Shown: positions 1 to 13,675 of the stretch, piece after piece
How positions within the stretch are numbered: position 1 is the first letter of the stretch
How the letters are laid out: each line of letters begins with the position of its first letter
Assembly: GCF_006345805.1 (NCBI RefSeq)
Contig: NW_021831670.1
Coordinates: 1-34,562 of the forward strand
From: Octopus sinensis
Taxonomy: Eukaryota
Direction: 5' to 3'
DNA length: 34,562 nt
Notes under the pieces: model-generated
The model's database searches: none
Seen by the model: only the letters and a program-made list of their open reading frames with translations
What the model was told of the DNA's origin: nothing
Position numbers and translations under genes: made by a program

Positions 1-42
1 TACACCGAAGAAACATGTATTAAAAAAATTATGCTGACGATC

Positions 43-44
<2 letters not shown>

Positions 45-107
<63 letters not shown>
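45..107. repeat. (GAT)21 trinucleotide microsatellite
   Basis: Perfect gat run read directly from the sequence. Confidence 0.95.
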
Positions 108-108
<1 letters not shown>

Positions 109-267
109 ACGTCGACGACGACGAACCCAAGGGTTCGTTCGGTGGCGGTTGACTTTGTTGCTGAGGGGGACTAGGGCCTCTAAGTGAATTTAAGAAACAT
201 GGGTATCCCGACAGAGAAAGTCGGGGCTAGTAATAAAACTTTAGGACTACTTGCGAAGCTCTCCTGT

Positions 268-296
268 ATATCATATATATATATATATATATGGAC

Positions 297-350
<54 letters not shown>

Positions 351-660
351 GTATGTATATATGCATAGGCACATATACACAAACTTTGTATAACTGTACA
401 TATGTATGCATGAGGGTGTTGTGTGCATAATCTACGTATACATACATACACATAAACATTCTTGAGCACTCCTATACACCCACATAAGTGTATGCATATA
501 TATCACTGCGGGTGGGTGTGTATGCGTGCATGCTTGTGCATCTGTATGTGTATGTATGCAAATGTGTGCATGCACGTATGTATGCATGTATGTATGTATG
601 TATGTAAGTATGTAGGTATGTATGTACGTACGAATTTCAGTATGTATGTAAGTATGTTAT
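268..660. repeat. Compound (TA)n / (TG)n / (TATG)n microsatellite field
   Basis: Interrupted TA runs, then gtatgt/tatg repeats. This is the source of the YIYI/CVCM ORFs. Confidence 0.9.
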
Positions 661-835
661 GAAATACTAGAAATATAAAAAAAAGAGAGGGAACAAGGTG
701 TTTATCTTTAGGTGAGTTAACCGTAAAATGCTTTAAGTTAAGGCTAGTGTGATAATTTTGATATCTATCTATACGTTATCTAAATGTTATTTTCGCAAAT
801 GCAGACACTGAGAGAAAACTGATAAAAAAGTGGGA

Positions 836-1049
836 GTATATATACACACATACATATACATTTACATATATAATATATATATATATATTATATACTATAT
901 ATATATATTATATATATATTATATTATATATATATATATTGTATATATATATATATATATGGATATATATATCATATATAGACTATATATCTTATATATA
1001 GATATATATATCATAATAATATATTATATATATATATATATATATAATC

Positions 1050-1094
<45 letters not shown>

Positions 1095-1160
1095 ATGTAT
1101 ATATGTATATAGATATTTACTTATATATATTTGTGTGCATATATATATATGTGTGTGTGT
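836..1160. repeat. Interrupted (TA)n microsatellite
   Basis: Direct reading. Confidence 0.9.
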
Positions 1161-2569
1161 GGGGGGGGTTATGTAATAAATTTTAAATATAATACATTTC
1201 GGATTATTTTTCTTTTTTCGATTTTGCCTTGAAAGCAATACACACACGCACACACACAGACAGACAGACACACACACACACACACATACACACACAAACA
1301 CACACACACACACACACATATAATAAAATATCGCAAATTCACATTTTTTTCCTCTTTTTCCCTGGAATGTTATATTGGTTTGTATTGTGGTGATCCTTTG
1401 TAGATATCATTTTTTAAAAAATTTTATTATGTACGTATATAGCTTGTATGCAGATTTTGTAACCTGTTAAATTTGTAATTTACATTTATTTCCATTTATA
1501 AACAAACTCACACACACATATACAAACACACACATATACATCCACACACACTTTCTGATATATATATATATATATATGTACGTATGCATATGTATGCATT
1601 TATGTATATATATATATATATAAATACATATACACATGTATACGCATATCTGCTTATATGCACACATATACGTATCATGAATATATACATACATATATCA
1701 GCTTGGCAATATATATTATTTATGTATACATTATATATGCGTGCGACTAAATGTGTATATGTGTGTGTTTGTGTTTGTGTGTATACATTCGTCTCTCTAT
1801 AAAATCTATATCTCTATTAATGCAGACACACATGTATGCATACACACTCGTAGGTATATTCATGGTTGTATACACATATATATGTACTTCCTTTAAAAAA
1901 TCTATATATACACACTTGCACACACATATATAGCAAGCTAAGTGCACTCAATACACACATCAGAGTATATTACTTGATACATAATTTTTAATTGCATCTC
2001 TCGTTTCTCATTGTAATTTTAATTTCTCTCCGAAGATATTTTGACTTCTATCTCAACATATATCAATAATATACCCATACACACACACAGAAACGCACAC
2101 ACGGAAACCATTATACGCACGCACGTGCGATTACACGCACACACTTCTATGCATGAACATATATGCATGAGCATACACCGACATGTCTACAACTTAAGTA
2201 TAATCAGCTCTGCCCCCCCCCCTCCACCATCAACAGCATCATCAGCATCATCACCGTCAACAAGCATTATCGTCAATATAATCGTCATCATAATCATCAT
2301 CATCATCACCACCACACGGCTACTCTTTTTATATGAATTTTTGTTTTCACCCCCCCCCACCACCACCACCACCTTATATTCATCGTCTGCTCACGGATAG
2401 GATGAACACGCAAAAGTTTTGACCTGCAAGAAATCATAGTCAAAACTTCCTCAACGTCCCTCCAAACACCTTAAGATAAATGAGACACGTGATAATACAT
2501 ACATGCACACACATCTCAGTGCAAATACAGACTATAGACATATTCACATACACCACTTATGCACAAGAG

Positions 2570-2770
<201 letters not shown>

Positions 2771-3939
2771 ATCTATCTCGTGTGTTTGTGTGTGTATAAT
2801 TAGTATGTCAAAGTAATAATCAATTATATTATACTTCATTAGTTAGTTTACAGCTGTGTCTTCTATAAGTTACAGTGCCCTCATATATGTGTGTGTTTGT
2901 TTCTGTGATTGTGTCTTTCAAAGTAGTGTGCATAAGCTCATATGCAGGGCAAGATTCTTGAGGGTTTGAAAGAAGCGTCAGTCGAATAAGCCGATCTCAC
3001 TACATGAAACATGCCTTGTACCTGATATTAAATATGACATCTACTCTTGATTTGGTTATGGTTGAGCTTGTTTTTATATGCCTGATTCTTTCTCATATTT
3101 GGTTTAGCGGAAAACATTGCCATTATTACCTATTGTTGTTGTTGTTGTTGTTCATAGCTAGCCCTTAAGGAATCCCCAATATCAAAACTTTCCATTCGTG
3201 ACCGTTCCATTTTTAGTTCCTACTGTGTATTCTCAGCCATTCTATGCAATATTTATACCCTTATTTCAAACTGGCAGACGTTCTTGAAGGGAGTTTTATG
3301 GTCACTGTTGCTGTTTGCATGTTGTTCTTGATGACTAGCCACATATGAGCAAGAACTATGTTCATATTCTTTATTCATAGTGTATCTAGGATTCCATCAT
3401 CTAATGTAGCATGACTGCCAATTTTAAGCAGGCTGCGAGGGTGAATAATAGAACATGAGAGGTAGTTTTCCCACTATTTCTAGTAAACACATAATATCTT
3501 CATGATCGCTGTGCTGAATATATTTCATTGATTTGCTAGTATTGATGTTTTCAATATTTATATATATATATACATACACACACAGGCATATATTCATACA
3601 TATGCGATTACATAATCTCCTGTACAACCTCATATACATATGTATTCATACATATATATATATACACACACACACAAGTACCCACACATCGATATCATTT
3701 AGGCCCTTTTATAAAATTTAGTTTCGTCAGATTATTACTATATTGTAATTCCACATTTTATATGAGCCTTATTCATTGGCCTTGTGGCAATAAAGAACCT
3801 TTGGTGTCTTCCTTGTTCTTTTATTTTATTACTATTAATGTTTTTTCATCATGATTAGAAGTTCCCTATCAAGCTTTCGATCGCAAATAAGTTTAAAATG
3901 AGTCTTCCTTAATATTTTAACCACATCTTCTCACGACTT

Positions 3940-4090
3940 AGGAAGGACGAGAGTTTATTTCGTTAGGGCGTCAAAGAAAAATGCTTTCCAGTATTTTTTT
4001 CAGCTCTTTAAGTTCCCTCTTCAAATAGACCCGAGATCCGGGGTCAATGAATAAAAATACCACTCAATACCTGGTGTCAGTAATATCGGA
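3940..4090 (+). mobile_element. Old, degenerate SINE family B copy
   Basis: tcgttagggcgtc..aaatgctttccagtatttt..ttcaaat..ccgag..ggggtcaatgaataa follows the order of the cleaner family B copies at 27515 and 28614. Confidence 0.55.
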
Positions 4091-5134
4091 ATATACACAC
4101 ACTTCCCACGAAACTCCTAGTATGGTAGACTCAAAAGAGCGCTGTGGTATTTAGTTATGTCCCTTTAATTCCTACGATCAAACTCTACGGAACTCAACTT
4201 CTCTCGTTTACAGTTCTTAGGCCACCGATGCAACAATTCATATCAATTAGAACTATGAAAACATAAACCCTCAACTCCTTAGTTCTGACCCCTTTTTAAT
4301 CCTTAACTAAAGTATAATCATTTTTGTCATCATAGTTGATTAACGCCTGATTAGTTTATCATTTTCAAGACGCTTGTATAATAACATTATATCATGTGCT
4401 CCTTTTTTATGTAAGGTGTGATTTGAGGTGATGGGGTGCTTATCTAATCGCACAATTAACCCCGTTATTGGTTAGTCTCCTTAAATCTCTATTACAGTTC
4501 TTAAATTTATGAAACTTAATATTGGTCCTATTAGGGTATTGCCGTATTTTTTGGTTCATATGGTAGATATTATTGGTGATGTTTATTATGCCTTTGTTAT
4601 AATTTACGTATGTTTACACCCCATCTCAGGGAGTATCCAGATTGGAGAAGGTCTTTATCTTTGATGAAAGAACTTCCTGAGATCCCAGTAATGACGATCC
4701 ATTACTTTTATATATTCAGGACTTTATATTCCAATGTGTCCTTCCTTTATGTTTTGTTCATCTGAATACAGAATAAAGAATTTGGCTGCTATTTTTAGCA
4801 TGCTAAAAATTCTAAATACGCTCAACCATACACTCTCATCGTAATATGTTTCTCTAAAACAATAAGTAAAACTAACTTTCAAAATGTTAACAGAGTGACC
4901 CCTATTGATGAGGGCGATCGGTAATGGTCACTCTTGCAGCTTCGAAAGTCAGCTAAGTTACCTTAAATCTCAGACCATTGCAGTATTATATAAAATTGAA
5001 ATTTCAGTGTTTTAAGCTCGATTCCCGACGCAAGTAATAACATTGCATTATATGCAAGGTTTGCGAATTTTTTACTATCCGACCTACATTTGTTGTTGAA
5101 TGCAATGGTAACTCCAACATTTTACCCATATTAT

Positions 5135-5385
5135 GTGAAGGCGCGTAGCTTAATGGTTAGAGTGTTACACTGATGATCATAACACTGTAGTTTCAATTGC
5201 TGGACTGGTCGATGCGTTGTGTCCTTCATTCCATGCTTCTACTGTCCACACAGCTGGCAAAATGAGTAAGTATGAGTAATTCTGCCACAGACCGGTATCC
5301 TGTCCACAGATTGGGAGCAGATATATACGCCATAGTTTCTAGGAAAGACGTTCTGAGAGCCTAAGGCTAGGGAAAGAATTTTAAT
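5135..5385 (+). mobile_element. Old SINE family C copy (tRNA head plus CORE-like body)
   Basis: gaaggcgcgtagcttaatggttag..gcgttgtgtcctt..cagctggcaaaatgagtaa..atacgccat..gagcctaaggctagg is colinear with 29118-29378. Confidence 0.75.
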
Positions 5386-6124
5386 CCTATATTGACCTAC
5401 ATTATATTGGAGCAAATGAGGTCGAATCTATGATGACACCTACACTCTGCAGGAAATAAGAACCAAATTAACCTCAGACCAAATCTTTCTACTGCGATAG
5501 GGTGAAGGATATGTTCATATGAAGAATGTCTTTGACCATTAGTCGTGTAGGTGGTGTTATTAGGGTAAAGATATAACGACGTTGAAAATAGCAACCAAAT
5601 CTCCCTCACCCTTCCTCGAATCTTATTCTGGGATCTATAAAATAGCTCAGATTGGTCAGTGTAGTCTGTGTTAAAAACGCTGCAACATGGGTGGTCACGG
5701 TTGGAATAATTTCAAGATATATCAGCTAGATCAGTACTGATAAACCGATAATAAGCAACAGTAGAATAAGAAAATATTGAAGTGAGATACTTAACTTACT
5801 CCCCGCTCTCTCTTTTTCTCCCTTTCATATATTAAATTATATTACATTATATTATATTATATTATATTATATCATATCTGTATATAATTTACAGGAAAAA
5901 AAAATGACAGAAGAGAAAAACATAGACGAAAAAGAGAATTAGAACAGTTTTGAAAAATTTTGCAAGTGAAGCTGAGGTTAACTATGTCTTATCGTCAAGA
6001 GGCATAAATACGAGGTATGGATTTAACAAGAAAAGCAAAACAAAGAAAACAAGGAAGAAAAATCTATTAACTTCAAGCGCAAAAAAGATATATATATATA
6101 TATATATACATATGTATATATGTA

Positions 6125-6159
<35 letters not shown>

Positions 6160-6466
6160 GTTAAAAATCACCAGGATAATTCCCAGGAATATATTTTACC
6201 TATATACATATGTTTGTATGTGTGTATGTATGTGTGTGTGTATGTGTGTGTGTGTGTGTGTTTGTGTGTGTATACTAATATATTTACGCATGCACAGAAA
6301 CACATACGTGTGCTCGTACACACACACAAATATACAAACATTCACAAATACAAACACACACACACACATATATATACATATATTGTACCATATGCAAGTC
6401 GGAGAGAGACACTCAGAAATGCACATACACACGTTAAAACGCCCGACTTGGTATTAAGTTACACGA

Positions 6467-6522
6467 AGTAGTAGTATAGTAGTAGTAGTAGTAGCAGCGG
6501 CAGTAGTAGCAGTAGCAGTAGC

Positions 6523-6577
<55 letters not shown>
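6467..6577. repeat. (AGT)n / (AGC)n trinucleotide microsatellite
   Basis: Direct reading. Confidence 0.95.
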
Positions 6578-6999
6578 AGCAGCATCAGTAGCTGTTTATG
6601 GTGGTGGTGGTGGCGGCGATGTGATGACGGGGGGGGGGACGTGGTGATGGTTTGTTTACCATTGCAATATATCTAATATTAAAGAATGTCAAATCAACCA
6701 GTACTAGTTTCATGCCACGGCAGTGCACACGACTTGTATACAATTCTATTATACGCAGCATTCAACACTCTCATTAACGTTCTGTTCTCTCCCTGCTTTG
6801 TCTCTATTCTTTATTACTGTTTCTGATATTTCTCCCTCCTTCCTTCCCACTCTCTCCCTCTCTCTTTTTTCTCTGTCTCTGTCTCTGTCTCTGTCTCTCT
6901 CTTTCTCTGACTCATGTCTCTGTTTCTCTCACTGGTACACTCGCTCTTTTATCTCTTTGCCTCTTTATCACGCAAATAAACATAACCATTCGTAATAGC

Positions 7000-7536
7000 A
7001 GTGAAAAGTGTGTGTATATATATATAGATGTATTTATATGTATATGTTTGTATATGTGCGTATCCATAAATATATATATATATGCACATGTGCACACATA
7101 AATAACCAGATACGCATGTATACATACATTTATACATACATAAATATATATATACATAATATATATATATATATATATAAAAAACTAAACATACCTATAT
7201 ACATTACATTGAAACTCACACACCTTATATTTATGTCCCATATATCACCGTATATACATTTATAATAAGGTATGCATATAATGTGTGTTAGTATGTGTAC
7301 GTATATATATAGAATACAAAATAAATTCAAAGATCACTGGAAAATTACATGTAATATATATATATATACACGTATATTTATATGTATATATATATGTGTA
7401 TGTGTGTGTGTGTGTGTATGTATGTTTACGTACGTGGGAAAGTAAATATGCATGTATATACGTACGTATCTATGTATACATATATGTATATACATGTGTG
7501 TGTGTCTGTGTATATAAATATGTATATTCATTCATT

Positions 7537-7622
<86 letters not shown>

Positions 7623-7720
7623 CAGATTTATAAGTAAATATATATACAGACATATACTTAAGCATACATATGTTTCTGTGTGATAATGTGTATAGAAGTA
7701 TGTATATCTGTATGTATATA
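7000..7720. repeat. Degenerate (TA)n/(CA)n/(TG)n microsatellite field
   Basis: Direct reading. Confidence 0.85.
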
Positions 7721-8087
7721 GAAGGTGTGAAAGAGTGGAGTGACATAGCAAAGGCATATTAAAGACTTGGAAAAATAAACAATTCTTCATAAACAATAAA
7801 ATATCTTTATGTAAACTTATTATACACACATTTAATATATTTATGAAAAAAAATATATATATATATAGTTCTTGATCATGTCATTATTGTTCTTATTCAA
7901 AAACACACATTATAATTATAATTTTTGATTTTTGTTGTGTTAGAAAAATACATTTTTTTTTTTTGATGTTGTGAAGTATTGTGATAAAAAAATATATACA
8001 TTTAAATATATATATTTATGTATATTTATATATATATGATGAAAGAAATTCAAAATGCCGCTTTTCTTGAACACGCATTAAACTTAC

Positions 8088-8104
8088 CTATGGTTGTCCA
8101 TTTT
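8088..8104 (-). other. Candidate 17-nt exon containing ATG (AAAATGGACAACCATAG)
   Basis: The minus strand reads ttgactatttacatttttattag|AAAATGGACAACCATAG|gtaagt, giving a branch-like TGAC, a T-rich tract, an AG and a consensus AG|GTAAGT donor. Splice signals only; there is no homology support. Confidence 0.3.
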
Positions 8105-8657
8105 CTAATAAAAATGTAAATAGTCAACTTCCTGACACGAAGTCACTAATTGAATCGATACATAATTCTCTATCTACATTTCTATATGCCTATTTCTAGC
8201 ACTGATTTCCCCAAGAATATACGTGTGTATATATATACACACACATATGTATATATATATATACACATATACATATAGGTACATATCTATATATATATAT
8301 ATATATACAAATATATACATATACATGCACATACGCATATGTATATATGCGTAGATATGCATTAAATAACACCAATAATTTTCAACACACATTCACACTG
8401 ACAAGGGGTGGGGTATATATACACACATTTATATATATATATATTTATATATATATATATAATGATTGTGATATAGTCTGAAGTGTTAGTATACAATATT
8501 ATTCATGTACGCATTTTTGTAAGCATACTCATATATTTATACATACTTAACCAAATATGCAAAATTACACGTATATAAAAATATAAATTTGCATATGTAT
8601 ATATATATATATGTGTATATAAATATATATAAGAATATATATATATAAATAGATATC

Positions 8658-8721
<64 letters not shown>

Positions 8722-9029
8722 TAGAGTATGTATGTATGTATTTCTATATGTTAGTATGTTAGAAGCATACGTTGTTGACACATGTATTGTTGCTGATAAT
8801 TCACGATGAACTTGCATAAGATTCCTCGTTGATTGCTGCTGTAAATCATTATTATGATGTTGATGATGATGATGAGGTTAACGATGACCAGTTGTTTCGT
8901 TTTCGATGTGTCATTCCAGTTTATTTTCGCTTTCTGTCTTGTCTTCTGCTTTCTTCATTTTCCGTCTGTAAACATCCGACTCTACTTTCTTTTACTTCTC
9001 ATACTTCAACAGTTCTTGATGCAGGAATC

Positions 9030-9047
9030 CATATATATATATATATA

Positions 9048-9104
<57 letters not shown>

Positions 9105-9141
9105 GTGTGTATATGTGTATGTGTGTATATATATATATATG

Positions 9142-9209
<68 letters not shown>

Positions 9210-9316
9210 CATATATATACATATATATAATATACATAATATATAGATAATACATGTACATACATATATATGTATATGTATGTTTATATCTATGTATACT
9301 CGTATGCATATATATA

Positions 9317-9350
<34 letters not shown>

Positions 9351-9355
9351 ATATC

Positions 9356-9385
<30 letters not shown>
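9030..9385. repeat. (TA)n/(TG)n microsatellite field
   Basis: Direct reading. Confidence 0.9.
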
Positions 9386-9390
<5 letters not shown>

Positions 9391-9774
9391 ATACATGGCG
9401 TAGTCGAAATAGGATATTTCTCGTTGTTTTACCTTCTTCGGTTTTTTTCTTCTCAATTTTCATTCCTTTTTTTTTATGTAAAAATTTCATCCGTTATCTT
9501 ATCTTTCTCTCGTTCTCCGTTGATTTTGTTGTTTTCTGTTTGTGTGTGTGTGTGTGTGTGTGGGTGTTTCTTTTTCTCAAAACAGGTGACAATGTCGAAA
9601 CTGGTCGTTATTTCATCTCCGACAGACGTAATAATAATAATAATATGTCCGTAAATTTTTCGAGAGTAGTGAAGATCGTTAAATATTAATGGAACTGGTA
9701 GATCTGTCATAATTTTTTTCTTTTTTCTTTGATATTATCGTCTGCAGTTTTGTTTTTGATCTCGTCACATATAT

Positions 9775-9880
<106 letters not shown>

Positions 9881-10186
9881 ATGCGTAATCAGCATTTTCC
9901 TCATCTGTTTCGTCATATTTATTTTTCGGACATTTTTAAGTGCTGAATATTCGATCTTCCTGGTGGATTTTTTAAAATTCTTTTTTTTTTTTTTTCCATT
10001 TACTTGTTATGGTTCTTTTCCGCTGGTGCCGTTCCATCCGTTAATCAGTATTCTTGTTCTTCCTGTTGTGTTGTGATTCTTCATCGTTTTCAGGTAGAAA
10101 TTAATAATAAACAAAAACGAAAGAAAAAGAAACAAAGATATAAAAAAAACAAAATTAGGGTCAAATCAGCACTTATACCTGGACAC

Positions 10187-10226
<40 letters not shown>

Positions 10227-11052
10227 GTAGATGTATAGGAACTGCTACCTGTCACACACACTCTGACGTCTATATACCCTCCCCCGTTGCTATAAACTAT
10301 TTATGTATCCATCTATCTATATATGTATATATATATATTTACACACACATATATATATATACACATATGACTATGTCCACCCCAACTACCTACGTATGTA
10401 TATATGTATGTACTTATATACATATATATATATATAAAAATATATATATATATATATATCTGTGCAAACATATATAATACATGTATGTGGACTCGTTAGA
10501 GCCAGGAATTGTAGCTTTCACCTAATTTTTGTCGGTGTTTCTCCGACCAAAAGACCCTGTCTTATGAAACACTGTGGTTTCCCCAACAGCCTAACTATCA
10601 ATAAGCTTGATTTTTCCTTAGCAAAAATACTGATGGTTCTCCAGTGATACAATATCTAACCGTGTAAGAAAAGCGGCTTTCAAATTTCAAACAATATATT
10701 TTCTAGGCCCAGATAATAGAGCTAAATTCTTTTCAGGCCTTTCAATACAGCTGAATATAGATTTTCACATACGGGACAATAGCGTTGTAGTGTATTTCAA
10801 TGCGTATGTCTTTCTGCTACTACTTCTATATTCTTTCCCTCTCACTTCCTCTCCCCCCTCTCCTTTTTTTCTATCTCACTCTCTCTCACTTACCCTCTTT
10901 CACTGCCGCTCCGCGCTCTCCCACTCCATCTCTCCCTTTCCACTTCTGCTCATTCATACTCACAATTGCTCTGTCTTTCTCCACTCTCTCTCTCTTTTCT
11001 TCTTTCTTTCTTTCATTCTCTTACTTCCTCTTTCTCTCTCGTCCTCTCTTTA

Positions 11053-11116
<64 letters not shown>

Positions 11117-11749
11117 CGTATAATGTATATAAATATATATTATATATGTATGTATGTATGTAAATATACAGATATATAGTTGTGTGTATGTTTCTAGATC
11201 GAGTTATCTGCACTTGTATATATATATATATGCATATGCATATAGCTATATATATGTATACGTGTGTATGTTTACTATATGTTGTGTGTGCACAGTCGCA
11301 GACAAAATTTGCGTATTAATTTCTGCGACTGTGATTATGCGTGTATACGTACATGTGCGTATACATCTATGTGGCTGAATATGCGTGTGTAAGAGGAAGA
11401 AAAGAGGAGAGAGAAAGAGAGAAGAAGACAGAAAAAGAGAGAAAGAAGGAGGGAGGGATAGAGCGACGGAGTGAGGAAAAGGATGTGGTTGTTCATATTT
11501 GTATGTGTGCGCATGCGTTTGTGGATTTTTATTGAGTGTCAATGTATTTGGATTATTGTCTATGTAAATTCGTATGTCAATGTGCGTGTGTATATGCACG
11601 CGTCTATATATGAGTTCGTCCATTCATATGCTTGTGTCTGTGCGCGCTGGTGTATGTGTATGCGTGTATGCATGTGAGTGTATGTAAGTGACTTTCTGTG
11701 TATGCGTTTGTGTTTGTGTGTGTGTGTATATGTGTGAGCGGAATTCTAA

Positions 11750-12850
11750 GTGTGTTGGAGGAGGAAGAGGAAAAGTAGGAGGAAAGAGGGACAGGAAGTG
11801 TAGGAGTAGGAGTAGGAGGGAGGCTAAGTGAAAGTTGAAGAGAGTGAGAAGGGAGAGGAAAGAGGAAAGAAATGACAGAGCAAGAGAGGGGGGGAATCTA
11901 TAATAGATATTTTTGAAAAAAAAAAATTTTTGCTGAAAGAGAAAATGAGATAGAGAAAGAGTTAAGAGAGAGATAGAGTTAGTGAGAGAGAGAGAGAGGG
12001 ATAGAGAGAGATAAAGAGAGTGAGGCTGAGGAAGAGGGTGAGAATGTTTGTAAAGGTGTATGGAGAGTGGGAGTAGAGAGAAATAGTTTGAGTGATATAA
12101 TAGATACAGAAGAAAAGATAACAAGGAGGATACCGAAATGATATAGAAATTTATAAGGAGACAGAAAGCTCGGATAGGATATCAGGAGAATAGACATACA
12201 ACAGAGGGGGTGAGGGTGATGGTGGGAGGAAGAGATAGAGTGTGTGAGAGAATGATAATGAGAAAGAGAGGGGGGTGGGGGGTGTTTCGGAGTGAAAGAG
12301 AAGGGGAGACAAACAGACAGAGCGAACCGATGGACAATGGGTGTAAAATAGACAGACGATTGAGTGAATGAGAGACGAGTTTAGTTGATGATAGGGAAAT
12401 GAAAATGAATGAGTGTTTGGGAAAGGAAAGAGAGAGAGAACAAAATGAGAAAAGAGAGAGTGAAAGAGAGGGAGGGATATACTGGGTATGATACGGAGAG
12501 AAGGAGAGAGAGAGAGAGAGAGATAATGGCTGATAAGGAGAAAGAAACGTAGATAGCTATGTAGAGGTCGAAAAGAGATATTGACAGAAAAGCGGAGAGG
12601 AATAGAGAGATAGATATGAGGAGGAGAAGCAGGAGGAGGAGGAACAGGATAGAGAGAAGGGGGGAGAGAAAGGTGTGCGGGATGCGAGGGGTGAGAAGAT
12701 AATGTACAGACGGACTAGAAGAGAGTGTGTAGAGAAGATGTAGAAATAGAAACAAAATTGAAAAAGTGTATAGAATAATATGGAGTGATAAAGATATACA
12801 GACAGAGAAATATATCCATGGAAAGTGATGGAGCGACAAGCAGACAGACA
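11750..12850 (+). repeat. ~1.1-kb purine-rich (GA/GGA) low-complexity tract
   Basis: Plus strand is mostly A/G (gagagagaga, gaggaagagg and similar). Confidence 0.85.
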
Positions 12851-12965
12851 CCTATATATATATATATATATATATATAGATGCATAAGTATACATACATA
12901 TATACTGGCATATATATATATGTGCATTTGTGTGTGAGTGTATGTATATATTGTATCTGTGTGAG

Positions 12966-13009
<44 letters not shown>

Positions 13010-13014
13010 TATAT

Positions 13015-13015
<1 letters not shown>

Positions 13016-13061
<46 letters not shown>

Positions 13062-13062
13062 T

Positions 13063-13094
<32 letters not shown>

Positions 13095-13196
13095 GCAGAC
13101 AGACATACAGACAGATAGATAGATAGATAGATAGGTAGACAGACAGACAGATAGACAGACAGACAGACAGATAGATAGACATATAGACAGACAGAC

Positions 13197-13262
<66 letters not shown>

Positions 13263-13380
13263 GCAGACAGACAGACATACAGACAGATAGATAGATAGAT
13301 AGATAGGTAGACAGACAGACAGACAGATAGACAGACAGACAGACAGATAGACAGACATATAGACAGACAGACAGATAGAC

Positions 13381-13440
<60 letters not shown>

Positions 13441-13441
13441 G
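13016..13441. repeat. Compound (GATA)n/(GACA)n tetranucleotide satellite with ~170-bp higher-order duplication
   Basis: The variants aggcag, catacag, taggtag and catatag each recur in the same order 168-176 bp apart. Confidence 0.9.
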
Positions 13442-13559
13442 GACAGTATATGGATGTATAGTGAGAGACAAAGATGCATACACGTGTATATGTATGTGAA
13501 AGCAGACATACATACACACACATATGCATATGTGTATGTACTCAAACGTACACATCTTC

Positions 13560-13599
13560 ATACATACATACATACATACATACTACATACATACATACA

Positions 13600-13631
<32 letters not shown>

Positions 13632-13675
13632 ACCAAACATACATAAATACATACATACATATATATATACATATG
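13560..13675. repeat. (TACA)n tetranucleotide microsatellite
   Basis: Direct reading. Confidence 0.9.

Noticed and set aside
9560-9700. Plus-strand acceptor ..ttctcaaaacag|GTGACAATG (GDNVETGRYFISDR)
   Set aside because: No credible donor follows (only gtaata) and no homology was recognised.
12557-13573. Longest ORF (338 aa, LSIY/LSVC repeats)
   Set aside because: It is the (TATC)n/(TGTC)n satellite read on the minus strand; overlapping frames are equally open.
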